Origin: Lepidodermella squamata
Taxonomy: Eukaryota > Animalia > Gastrotricha
Direction of reading: 5' to 3'
NCBI GenBank assembly: GCA_047495785.1
Contig: JBLDXI010000009.1
Coordinates: forward strand, 3,348,001-3,412,000
Length of the DNA stretch: 64,000 nt
Each line of letters begins with the position of its first letter. Position 1 is the stretch's first letter. Below the pieces are notes generated by a model that did not search any database, was not told where the DNA came from, and saw only the letters and a list, made by a program, of their open reading frames with translations. Position numbers and translations under genes: made by a program. Shown here in pieces: positions 11,701 to 24,928 of this stretch.

Positions 11701-14700
11701 TTGATAATAGCACCATTTCCGAATCGACCAAGGTAATACCACCGCATTAATTTGCCCTTTAAAAATGGTTTTCGCACATTTGAGAAGTGTGCTCTCTACC
11801 CGGACAACACGTGGGCAGCTTTGCCCCAATTATAGGCTACATAATCATTTATAAAACCTAGCAGGGTAGGTTTCAAATTTCTGAAGAGATATTTCTGACT
11901 TCCCCACGGAAGTTGTCGGTAAGCTCAATCAGATAAAAGCGACATCGATCAGAAAATTATTTATAGAGATCAAAGACATTTTCTGTAAATTTGCTATCAC
12001 TTGACCGAGTCTTATCGAATAATCAATTTCAGCTTTTCAAATTATTTCTACTAAAAAAATTATTAAAAATCAGATAAAATTCTAAAATCCAGTTTTATGA
12101 CGATTGAAATTTTTTGTGAAAAATATCAAAAAAAAAATAAAAATTGAAACTGTAACAAAATATCGATGAATTCACTATACCTTTCTTGCCTGCTAAACTA
12201 CTGCCCTGTTCGCTGGTCAGAGCTGCGAGGTCGCCTAAACTTGGCCTCGAAACAATGACTGTAGTATGGCCGTAGCCGTCAACCAGCGACTGGGCAATAG
12301 CTCGATTTTGGTCGTTGAAATCGCCGAGCATACCGCCGCTTCCAGGCACCGGAACCGCCAGCAGGCCATTTGCACCAACAGCCGGCGGTACTACAACAGG
12401 AGAACACGGCTTGTTGAGCGATAGCAACGACTTGGCCAGTGAAGATTTATTGGTAGTCGCCGCGTTGGGCGTAGTTGAGAAAGCATCGTTTGAAACTAAC
12501 GACTCATTTTCTTCCTCCTGCGTCGGCAGCGTCGAGGCCTTGGCGTAGGAAGACGGCGCGTTGCCGTTGTTAGCAGCACCTGTTGGCCGGCGGGACGCGA
12601 GTAATTGCCGCCGCGTTTTCGCCAGTAACGACGCCCCGGCGCCATTTCGAGCCGCGCTAGGCCCGCGATAGCCCAGCACGCTTTTCTTGCCGCATAGCAA
12701 GCGTTTAAAAGCAGTTTGAAATTCGCGACTGTCGGCGCCGTAGATGAAAGGATTCATCAGGCTGTTGCAGTACCCTAGCCAGAACACAACTTTGAACAAC
12801 TGAGCGGGAATGCACTCGCAAAATGCATCTAAAAATTAGCGAAAAATTGGAACAATCAAAAAAACTCCTCCTTAAAATAATTACTAGTCGGTAGAATGAC
12901 GAAAAATGGAACCCAGCAGGCAATAAAGACTCCTACGACAATGCCAAGCGTTCGGGCTGCTCGCCGTTCCCGCTTGAACTTAGTCCAATCGATTTTTCCT
13001 GAAAAATAATTATAGGAAATTATTTGTGATAAAATGAAGTTTCAACATTAAAATTTGAAAAAATCATTAGGGGTTCTAAATCAGAAAAGACGTTTAGAGA
13101 TGACATGATATAATACAGGCACATCGACTTTGATGGGGCTAAGACTTTCCATCAGGAGTGAAATATTTAGCTTGCGACATGCTAAAGGAGGCCCGCTGCA
13201 TGCTAAAGGAGGCTATTCAGTTAAATGTGAGGGTATCATTAAATGTTGAGGGATTACAGGGAGAAAATGGTTATATAGGCTTACTTTGCCGTAGATTGGT
13301 GTCTATTGCCGCTGCGATATCGCTAGATATAGTGGAATCACGCTTGGAAGACCGCGCTGTTTGCATCTGATAATTACAGCCGCCTGCGCCGCCACCGGTC
13401 GACGACGCCGCGTGAACGCCGGTATGTATCCGCAACACGACGCCGTTCTCGCCTTTCGAGGTCATTTTCGCCTCTTTGTAACCCAGTTTCATGAACCTGA
13501 AATTATGCAAAAGTGAGTTTAAACAGTAAATTATTACTATAATAGAGATCGGTATTTTAAATTCCATAATTACATAAGGCTCTCATGAATACAACAATTA
13601 TAAAAAAATACAACTGATCTGACCTCAATTTTTTTGAGACTGAACTCAGGGGCGAATCCTAACCGCTAATTGCCCTATAGGTAAATACCGGACATTTTGC
13701 CGAAACTCAGATCAAAATGCCCAAATTCTCAAAAATTGCAGGTAAATCAGAAATAATCTTTGCTTGAAAAACCTAAACAAGATCCTTCAAAAGACTTCCC
13801 GAGGGAAAAAAAATTTCATCTATGAACGTGACGCCACGAGCATCAGTAGCCAACTCTCAAATTCTCTCAATAATAATAGAAACTGTGAAAAGTTTTGTAA
13901 TTTCAATTTTTTTAAGGGAAATTCAACTAATTATTTGAAAGTAAGCCAACTGGAGGAATCTTCCATCCTTTATCAACGATTTTACCGAAGAAAGTGAAAA
14001 TTTACTGGAGAACACCCTGAAAACCCCGATGGTAACCGATTCGGTAATTTTCGGGTTTTACCTGGTTGGATCCAATTTCTTCGGGGTTTTAATCCCATTC
14101 ACTAGAGACATACTTGAATACTATTCTTGTGCCATTTTAGATTGGTCTAAGATTTTTCTGGTCATGAGATAAGGCTTCCCCTCTCATTTTAGAGTTTCTG
14201 ATCCCTTCTCCGAGTAATTCCTTTGTTTGCGTTACTCATAGGACACGCTGTATTATAGGCATCTTGAAATTTCATGCCGCCAGGACACTGTGTACGTGCA
14301 GTAGAGAGAAAACTAATAAATAATGATCGCTCCTTACACACCCTCAATCGCTTCTTTCCATATTGGGATTTTGACGTTAATTTCGATATTTTATTAATGA
14401 GAAAATTCCCATGTACTAAGGTATTATGGCCCATACTTTTTTATATGATATTCTACTAGCCAAAAATAGCCTCGGAAATTTACAAACCGGAAGGAGGTGC
14501 TGCGGTTAAAATGTGTCGGTTCCAAAATTAATCCTGTCTAATATTAAACCTCAAATTAATAATGTAAACCTCGGATAATTGACCTTAGCAAGCGCAATAA
14601 AAAATGACAAACTAGGGCGATTTGTTTTTGTTAGTTTTAAAATTTAGACTACCTATATACAATTTTAGAGCTTCTACAGGAGAGTAAATATTTCTGGAAA

Positions 14701-15474
14701 TTAAGTGGAAATAAAGGCTTCTGCTTACCGAGTTTGTTGAATAGCTTTGAGATAGATGCGCCAATAAACAAGCATAACAACAGTACAAGGCAGAAAGAAG
14801 GAGCAGGTAGCACTGAAGATCACATAGGCCTTATCCTCGTTGACCTCACACCGGCCCGTCGACTCAACCGGCAGCGATTTACGCCAGCCAAAAAACGGTA
14901 CAACACAAATAGCCGCCGCTAATAGCCACACGCCTAAATTGATCAAAATCGCGCGTCGCTTGTTGACAATTTGATGGTGGACAAGCGGCTTTGAAACGCC
15001 GATGTATCGGTCGATTGATATAACGCAAAGGCCGTAAATTGACGCTGTACAACACAGCACGTCGATGGTAACCCACATGTCACACAGGGCCTGGCCGAAA
15101 ATCCAATATTCATCCAAAATTTCGATGGTCGTAGAGAACGGCAGGACGGTTATGCCTAGCATCATGTCAGCTATTGCCAAATTGACGATGAAGTAATTAG
15201 TCGCGGTTCGGAGTTTACGAGTTGTTACAACAGCGAGTAGGACGAGCAGATTGCCGCAAACCGTGCATAGGCATATTAGGATAAGCGGAAAGGCGATTGC
15301 GATCGAGCGAGCTGCGTCGAGAGTTGGAAATTCGGGCGGGCTCGCTTCGGGTGGTTCGGAATTAAATTCGGTATAATTAAACGCACCGCCATTCGCGCTG
15401 TTGTTAAACGCCGGCGCCATGACGAGAGAAACGTCTCGAACTAGCCCGTTGACAAAAACAGGCGTCTGGTTCAT
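8707..15474 (-). CDS. Alpha-1-adrenergic-like (aminergic class A) GPCR with a very long C-terminal tail
   Basis: Exons 14729-15474, 13285-13496, 12885-12998, 12181-12828, 10930-11315, 10032-10388 and 8707-9420 join in frame (1058 aa). Motifs: [23 protein letters not shown]5 S5.42/S5.46, ICL3 [27 protein letters not shown]. The receptor core is certain; attachment of the last three exons is inferred. Confidence 0.8.
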
Positions 15475-18400
15475 GGTGCTGATGGCGCTTATTACGGTGG
15501 CGGTGTGCGTCGTTAGAGCCGCAAAAATGCATCACGTCGGCGTCTTTTCTCGCGCACGATTATCCCCAATTTGTCAAGGGGTGGAGTCGAGCGCATATTT
15601 TATGTAAAAGTGAACGCACTTTTTGTGCCTATATGCCTAGAGTTCAGAAATCAATATACAGCGAAGGTGTTATTTGTTAGTAGTTGGATCGTTCACTACA
15701 ACTACCACTAGGCGCGAAATTCGCCCACGTAAATATGATAATGAGTTTGGGCGAGTTAATTTATACCTGTAATTTGCGCCGGTCACGGTACGCAGTTCGG
15801 CGCGCGGGCAAAAAATTGCTCTACCTATAATACAGATGAATAAAAATCGTATTGTTTATAGCGAAGCGCTGCGGGCTGCCGATTACTTTAGCCGCACCTT
15901 TTTATTAGAACTTATAACTTTACCTACATATCATATAGTATGTTTTTATTGCAGGGCTCGTCTACAATAGATAAGAACGGCAGGCGGTGATTTTTTTGCA
16001 GCGAGAAGCGCGCTAACAATAACAACAACCTAGCCTCATCGTGATGTTCGAGCTAGCGGCAATAAAACCCAACGCGCGTAGTGTATAATGCGTTCCATAT
16101 TTTGCAAGCTCGCACAAGGGGGAAGTTTCGGCGACCGATTATTGTTGTTCTTAGCGCGCATATATTCTCTGAACGAACTCAGATAACGAGGCATTGAAGT
16201 TTGGCGATTGTGCGCAAAAAACTAGCCCACAGTAAGTAATTAGACTATCAGGGTGCGTACAAAAAATGTGCGCGTCCGCTTAATAATTGTTTATTGCTAT
16301 ATAAAAAGCCGTGCTAAAAATAACAAATAATTTTTGGTAATAATGAAACTGATTGATATGATGTCTTCCAGCTTTCACAATAAAAAGAAGGTCAATACCT
16401 GCTTGGCCGGTATCTTTTTTCAAGGCTGTAATGAGATACAGAAGCGTGTAAAAATATTTGCACAAATATCAGTGAGAATTGAGAAAATATTAGGATTAAA
16501 TTAAAAAAAATCTGCAGTAAAAAAATTTCCGTGCAGCAGGTCTCTATACTTTCTTTCATCAACTCAGCGATAAATGCAACGGCGCGCATCACGTGACAGA
16601 GATCAGCTGTCGTCACAGCGTCATCGCTCATTTTTTAATGATATGATAAGGAGAAAAAATTTAATAAATATTGCAAGCTAGTGAAATTAAAACCGTGAAC
16701 TCCTAGATTCACTAAAATTTTAGTCTAACTACAGCATGGGCCCACGAGCGCACCCTCTTGAAAGCATAGCTGCTTTCCCGTTCATAAATAAAATCTAACC
16801 AAAGCGCTCTCTGTGTATATTTTGTAATATAAAAATGATGTTTAAAAATTTAGTGCTAAAAATAAAAGCAAATTATTAGAGCGCATTATCTCAACATAGT
16901 AACAATACATGAAAAAAAAAGTCGATAACATCGCTTTTCACTGGTGTTTAGTAGCGATTTTGAAAATTATTGCGCTAAGCCGGTAGCCATTGATTTAGCG
17001 AAAAATTTCCTGCCCATGTTTGCTATTGCGTATCACAAAATTCTTGCTGCTGTAATGGCCATGCAATGTAATCCTTCGTATTAGAACGAAAAGATTTCTA
17101 CTCAAGCTATAGGTGTACATAAATGTTAAAAGATTAAAGAATATATAAAAATGAACTTGATAAATAATTTTTTGGCTAAGAAAGGCGTAAGGTTATTTAT
17201 TTTATTGTGGAGCATATTCGTACATACATGGGCTATAGGCGATAAATTGTAGCCGATAAATTATTACTATACACTCGAGGATGAAAATGACGAAACGTAC
17301 AGCGTTTTAAAATGAATAAAATCGCCGTTTGTGTGCCGTTCGATGGTTCGAGTCGCGACGAAGATGCGATACGGGTCGCGAAAAACGCTCCCACGAGGCC
17401 GCCTGCAAAGCGCAGAGTGACTACAAGCATTTTTCATTCGCGTGCATATGTCGTATAGTAAAAAAAAAAAGATAATAATAATTATGTTTACAGTATTATA
17501 CTTTCCTGCCCTCTATGCTTTTACGTCGTATTAACGTGATCGTACGCAGTAAAATGTTAGAGAAGGTATTAAAATTATGAATCCGATATTGATTAGGCCG
17601 AAGTTAATGCTCGAATCACCCCTAAAGCGAGACAGCAGGTCTAGAAAACGGGACTTCGTCTATACTAGCCTAATTAAAAGGATGAAATAAAAAACAAGGC
17701 GCCAAAGTCCCGCACTATCATTTCTTCAAAAAACGTACACTCAATTCTACAAAAAAAACGTACATTTGTGCACTAAAAATTGAAATTAATAATGCAGGAA
17801 TTTGCCAGTGAATAAATGACGCTGAAAGGTGGATGAAAAAAGCACGCTGAGTGTGAAAGATATATTACTTTTGCTGAAAGGATGGGTTCAATAGAATTTT
17901 CATTCTGTCCAAAACCCAAAAGACAGCAAAAAAATTACGAATGTCAGAAACAAAATCCAAGTACTATAATATTATTGTTGATTTTCTTAGAATCAATGTT
18001 TGGAGTTTTACTTATATAAACTAATCGCGTATACGAAAAGGTGGGCAAAACCCACTTCAGGAATTTTCATAATACTATGTAGCGTAAAAAGAAAGCCGGC
18101 ATTGCGAAGCGATAAAGCTTAGTGATTTAAAAAAGGTCCAATTTATATTGCCTATCTCGGCCACTTAACTGCGATATTATTGACCAATAAATCGCAATTG
18201 AAAAAAATCACCTTATTTAGTATTGCATTTTGACAATAAAAAGATGGAAGACTTCATATTTGGAGTACAAACGTTTTTTTAGGAATATTGTAAATTATTA
18301 TATAAAACTGAGCTTATATATTATTGCTATTTATTGCAACATCGCGACAGTAATGATTGCCAATTTTTTGTGCCGTATTGCCGGGTTTAATCGATGTCTT

Positions 18401-20095
18401 GAAGAAGAACCGTAGTACATCGGATCTCGCGAAGCGTAAATTGGTTGTCTTATATGTCTCATCAAATCATTGTTAATTTTTTCAAGCATCACAAGCATTG
18501 TCGACGGTGCAATTTATACGCCAAAAAGAATAATACATATATAGAAAAATGGAAAAAGCTATATGATGAAGATAATGTTTGTTTTGGACGCCTGAAAAAA
18601 TAATGTGATATGCGACCAATAAGTCGCTCGAGTTTTTTAATTGAATTTTACGTATATAAGTAAAAGAGCCGACAATTTTATCGCAATTTTTTTTACGCAA
18701 AATAATGGAATGTATACCTATTTTCATATGAAACAGGATGATTAAATTTTACCCTATCGCCACATATAATAAGATACATAGATGCAAAGGCCAAATATCC
18801 GGCCATCCGAGTAAAAACTGACAGCGAAAAAATTTATTTTAACTGATAATAAAATATACTCGTAAATACAGTGGAAGTCACATCGTTTTAAAAGATTCTA
18901 TAAAAAATGAGACATCCATCATTATACTGAATTTTGTATCAAAGATTGCGTGCCCGAGCGGAAGCCGGCGTCAATTTGTAACTTGGTTTTTATGGCGATT
19001 ACGCAGAATTTAAGGGAAAAATCGACGTCAACAAAATTTGCGCGCATAAGAACATACATATCTCGTAAGCTAATATAATTACACTCGATATTCGACCTCA
19101 ATTTGGCAAATAATCTTGCATGATTTCTTGCGGCTGTATTGAAAATCAATTTCTCAACGGGCTTAATTCCCTCTCTGAGTCGAAACCTAAATTTACTATA
19201 AAAAGAAGAGGAAACATATAATGGGAACGTCCTAAAACTCCAAACTATAAACAAGCATGTGTCACGATTTTTCTCACACTTGCGTCATCATGCGGAAAAA
19301 TACGCGCTCCAGACAGGGTCTCAAAAAAAATAAGAGACAATGGCGTGCGTAAAATGGAAAGGATAATCTACTAATTTTCAGATAATTCAAAAATCCATAT
19401 CCAAAAAATCATGATTAATATACGAAATATAAGACGATGTGTTAAGTGCGCTCAAGACCACTTATTCAGTTATCCAGCCGTTGTTTACTTATCCATGCGT
19501 GTAACTTCCAAGGTATTTCCGCCTCTTAAGACGGCTCTGAACGATGGGCCAGCTATATTGCAAGTACGATAAAAGGTGTGAGGAAAAAAGTCGGAGTTAG
19601 GTAAATGCGCTGATTATCACCTCTCAACCATATAAAATAATTCGGGCAATAAAGTCTTTATATGGTTGAAATTTATTAACATTAAAATATTCGAGGTGAC
19701 ATCAAATTATGTTCTCACAGTATTGCAGCTTTTACGCCTGCAAATGACGTCTCAAAGAGATCAAAATTAATTCGAAACATTCTGAACAATAAGGGGCTAT
19801 AATGTATTTTCAGCAAATACTTAATGCTATTCGATACGATAATGACAGGATGCTTTTGACGAGCCGGCAAACCAACCCCCAACTATAATTTGTATCGCAA
19901 GAATTTGCACTGGAAATTTACAAAAAAGTTTATTTTATTCAAAAAACATGAAACAGGTAAAAATATAACCCATTGATTTTCACAAGATATCGCTTACGAA
20001 ATTATCATAATCACTTTTTGTTATTTCATTCAATCAGCATTCAGCCTTTGTAATTTACTACTTTTTCAATTAAACAGTATCAAATTTCAGAGAGT

Positions 20096-21542
20096 TTACA
20101 TATTTACAGGTTTGCTGTTGTTGTTGTTGTTATTGATGTTAGCGTTATTGTTTTCTTCATCCTGCCTATTATTGTTATTAGTAGCAGTCGGCTTGTTATT
20201 GAACATGCGATCGCGCCATTTGGCCCAAATGTTAGCTATCTCGTGATTACTCATCGCGTAAATGAACGGATTGGCGATTGAGTTTGAGTACGACAGCCAC
20301 ACAGCGGCCTTGAACATGTAATTAACCAAGGTCACGCCCCACTTTTTCGTTCGAAGTGTGCGCTCAAACACGCCGATTGAGTCAAGCAGGAGAAGGCAGA
20401 AAAACGGCGACCAGCAAATGATGAAACAGCCTAAAATTCGGCCGAGTAAAACTTTAGTTCGAAGAGCTACGCCTTTTTTCGGCTTCGACTTCTCCTCGCC
20501 TTTCACCGCTGATTTTTGTGATGAAACAGCTTTATGAAGCTGGTGGTGGTGGTGGTGATGGTGATGATGATGGTCATCATGTGAGCCTGAATGTTCGTTG
20601 TTGACCCCGTCCTTTTCAACGGGAAATGGCCACAGTTGGGTGACAAGTAACGGCGCAGCTTGGCACAACTGGTCCAGTTGCTTTTTAGCCCCGAAGTAAA
20701 TTCTCAAATAAACAAAAGACATGACAACACAGGGTAGCCAGTAAGAAATCGCGCTTGAAACCAGGGCGAAGATCGGGTTCACCTCAAACCGGCAAATTTC
20801 GGTTGTTGAGTTGAATAAAGCTGGTTTGCCTGATTTCGAATGAAAGTGAAGATGAACTGGAACGTGGGATAGGACAAAGCTGACGATCCATGCTAATATC
20901 ACAATGCCAATGGATACTCGGCTTGTCATCAGTGAGCTGTAGCGAAGTGGCTTGAACACGGCGATGTAACGCTCGACGGCTATGCACATGATGCCGAGTA
21001 AGGAAGCCGTGCAGAAGAAAATGTCGTTGCCGATGAAAGTGTCACAGCCGAACTGGCCGAATGGCCAGTAGCCAAGTGCGTTTTGCACGATGTGTAGCGG
21101 CATGACAATCAGGGTGACTAATAGATCGGCAACGGTGAGTGCGAAAACAAAAATTAGATTCGTTTTTTTCGACCTCAACCCTCGGACAGCAAACAGGCTA
21201 AAAAAACAGAAAAGATTCACTTTGTTGCTATGGAAAATTCAATTTAAGCGTCCTTAGCAACCGATGATTCAAACTTTCGTACCTTCCTAACACGAGGAGA
21301 TTTCCTACGAGTGAAAATAACAGAATGAAAATTTGGATGAGGGTTTCCACGGCGAGAATGATTGATTGCCAACTGCCGTCGTTGCCGTCAGACAGCGGCA
21401 TTTTTTGCGTTAAAAGGATATCAGAAGGCGGGGCTTTCGTACTGCGCCTCAGCACCCCGAACGGTACAACAGGCGGTGCTGTCCAATGAGAATTGTAAAT
21501 CTCATCGTCGATTATACCACTTGTAAACTGGATGACGGACAT
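20096..21542 (-). CDS. D1-like dopamine/biogenic-amine receptor, paralog A
   Basis: Exons 21283-21542 and 20096-21197. Motifs: GYWPFG..C, D3.32 in NDIFFCTAS, ERY, TM5 SSAIS, CWSPFF, NPFIY. Poly-His run in ICL3. Confidence 0.8.
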
Positions 21543-22378
21543 GTTTTAGTTTTCTAAAAATGTTAGCCTAAAAAATGGGTTTTTAGGAAAACTTATAAGC
21601 AATCGAGAACGATTATCGGCTCGCGCTCTGCTTAGATATATAAGGTTTTCATTTATGACGAGTCAAAAACTGCGTAAGCTCACAAGGTATGCGATGTAGG
21701 CGTACATGAGGGAATCCGTTGTTTGAGGCGTGAGGCGCATGATAACTGCCGTGAACAAGGTAATTTCGCCTCGCTCACACTTTCATCGCGAGGCGACGCA
21801 TATCGCATTTCTGCCGAGCGAAAAACGCTACTCAGTTTTCGCGTGAGCCGCGCTGCGCAAAATACACTGATGATTATAATTAGCGGCTCAAACACAAGGG
21901 CGAGATCGGCGTTATTATCACCTGTGCTGTGCTGGCGAAAACAACGGGATGATTTTGATTCGATCATCAATTCTCACGGCGCGCCCTGATCGAAATCGGA
22001 TCGTCCTCTAGCAAACAACTCGTGGACCAAAAAAATAAAAAATACGGCTGGGAAGATTATCGAATCATTACGGTCAGATGAATTAAAAACAAAAAAGTTC
22101 AATTATCCTTTTAATCATCAGCGTAAAAAAAATATAAAATAAGTCTGTGCATTGTTTTTACTCTCAGTAAAAAATCACGACATGAAAATTGTAGATGTTC
22201 TCAAATATCGCGTTTGTAAAAAAAAATTAGGAGACAAGAACGTATGAGAAGAACGCCTTGATTCCGCATATTTTGAAAAATTACTGTATAATTTCCGTGA
22301 AAATTTAATATAGCATTTCAAGACTCTTCCCACTGGCAATTTGTGAATTCGAAGATTTTGATACATCATAACATGGCA

Positions 22379-24928
22379 TCAAGTTACTGGAAGATGCGTT
22401 TTCATTTGAAGTTCGCCATAGCGACTACAGTCGCATGAGCTTTTCGTCGATTTGGAAGGCGTTGTAGCTTGGTTACTATTATGTCCGTTAGCTAGTTGCG
22501 TCGGGTTGTTTTGGCTGTCTTTACGGCTGGCGACCATGGGCGACGTACTCGCTGTTGTTGTATCGCTGTTGGCGGTCTTGAAGCAACGCTGCTTGCTGCG
22601 ATTCAGCTGGAAGCATTTCGCGGCACAGTAGGTCTTGAAGCGACTCCATAGCGGGTCGAATTCGCGGTTGCTCAGGGCATACTAAAATGAAAAGTAATTA
22701 TTCAAAATTCAGTTTTAAATTTTTTCATTTTTTAGCTTAATTTTAAATTTTTTTAAATTTAAAATTTAATTTCCATTTTTTTAATATTGGAATCGTAATA
22801 TTTCAACCGGTCATAATATTTGACAGTCTTTCGATGCTTATTCGCCTACTTCTTTGAAGTGGCTTTAAATTGGCTGGGTTGCGTCTTTTACTCTTCCACC
22901 CGACATTCTAAATTCCAATGTTAAGAATCAATGTTCAAAGTATAAGACACGCATGTTCGCCATTCAAACGTGCTAATTTCCTCTGATTTTTCGCGCACTT
23001 CCTACAGTGAAAATTTTGTCCCGAGAAAATGATAATGATTCATATGAGATTGACCTATATTTCCCAGAAGCATGCGGCTAATGAGAGGAATCGATTATTG
23101 GCAAAATTTGGGCGGAATTCGCTTATATTTTAATTGGTTCTCTCAAAGGTCCTTCCATCTTGTATTATCGAAATTAAAATTAAATCTTACAATGAAAGGA
23201 TTTGCAGTTGAGTTAAGATAGCCGAGCCATAGCGCGGATTTGAAGAGCCAGCCGTATTTCTCCGGATCGAGGGGCTCGGCTAAGAAGGCCGTGTCTACAA
23301 CCAGGAGAGTGAAGAAAGGAAACCAACACAACCCGAAACAGCCGAGAATTCGACCTGAGGAAAAAATTACTAAAATTTGACAAAATTAAATGATTATATC
23401 CGGCCTACCTAAAGTGACTTCAGTACGTAAATTAGCCGATTGATTCGAACCTTTTCGCCTAAATGAAAATTTCGACAGCGATAATTTGGACCATTTTGAC
23501 CCGCCGGTGGCTCCAGTTGAACTTCTTGATTGAGCAGGCGCCGATAATTGGCGAGAAGCCAACAGTTTACCCCTGAAATAAAATGGCGTGGAAATGCTGG
23601 AAAAATAAGCGATTTTAATGACTCACTTTTCTTCGTTATTACACGTGCTTAGATGCCGGTTAAATTTAACATCTCGCCCCGTGCTAATCTCACGGGTATC
23701 CATGGTGTTCGATGTAGTGCTCGCCCCAGGTGCCTCATTCTTTCGCTCAGATCCGCCGCGCGATTCTACCGATGACGGTTTATAGCTAACCGATGAGGCC
23801 TTCGCCAATGCGTAGAGTTGCCGCTTCGCAGCCACGTACATTCTCGCGTAAACAAATAGCATAATTCCGGTTGGGAACCAGAAAGAAACCATGGAAGAAG
23901 CTAGGGCGTAGTAAGGATTCACGTTGAACCCGCACACTGTTATATCATCCTCTTGATTTGCCGAACTGTTGCCAACCTGGCTCGAATTTCCAGCAACTAT
24001 GTGCCAGTCTAATTGAACGGGAATGTAGGATATTGCCAGGCTTAACACCCAAGCCATGCACGTCATTGAAACAGCGACTTTTGTCGTCATTAAAGAGCTA
24101 TATCGGAGGGGTTTAAATACGGCTACGTATCGTTCCATCGCTATGGTGATGATGCCAAGCAGCGAGGCTGTACAAAAGAACACGTCATTTGCGATGAAAA
24201 TTTTGCAGAACGAAGCGCCGAATGGCCAGTAGCCGCTTATATTTTGGACAATGTGAAAGGGCATGACGCAAATTGCAACTAGAAGATCGGCTGATGCGAG
24301 GGACATTACGAAGATGACGTTCGATTTCTTGGCTCGTAATCGATTAAACATAGCCAAGCTAAAATTTAAAAAAATGAAAAATTAGGGGCTCAAAATATTG
24401 GAATAATTTTTCCGAGAAAACTCGCTCAATAAAATTCAGAAAAATCCTCCTTAAATTTTTAAATTTTTTATTTTTTTATAATAATATTTAATTTTTTGTA
24501 TGATTTCCATTATTTTATTTTATTTTTGTTTATTTTATTATTTTTATTTTTTGGGTAGAAACCATCGTTTTCCCAACTAACCTCAAAATGACGAGAACGT
24601 TTCCAACAATTGACAATACAACCACGAGAATTTCTAGTATAGCCTCAGCAACGATGGTCCAGTCAGCTCCGTTCTGTTTCGCGTCATTGCCAGATCTCGA
24701 AAAATCACTCGCGAGACCTGAACTGTTGCGAAAGGTGCCAAAGACTTGCGAGGCGAAGACAATGTAATCGAGGTTAGCGCTATCCTCTTGCTGCCGATCG
24801 AAGCCACTCGTCGTGTCATCATAGTCGCTGATGAAAAGCGGCAAGGCAGTTGTAGACACCCTGGGTCTTAGTACCGTGATAGACGGTGGCGGCGGTGGGG
24901 TGGTGCTGATTTTTGATAAACTCCTCAT
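22379..24928 (-). CDS. D1-like dopamine/biogenic-amine receptor, paralog B
   Basis: Exons 24582-24928, 23627-24358, 23409-23572, 23191-23354 and 22379-22681. Motifs: D1-type ISYIPVQLDWH, NDVFFCTAS, ERY, YALASSMVSFWFP, CWFPFF, WLGYLNSTANPFIY. Confidence 0.82.

Noticed and set aside
13115-13215. Alternative ICL3 exon in the alpha-1-like receptor
   Set aside because: No phase-compatible donor was found, and the flanking exons already join in frame. Only a 15-bp local duplication is evident.
15600-20000. Short ORFs in the intergenic region between the GPCRs
   Set aside because: AT-rich, low-complexity translations without homology or splice support.
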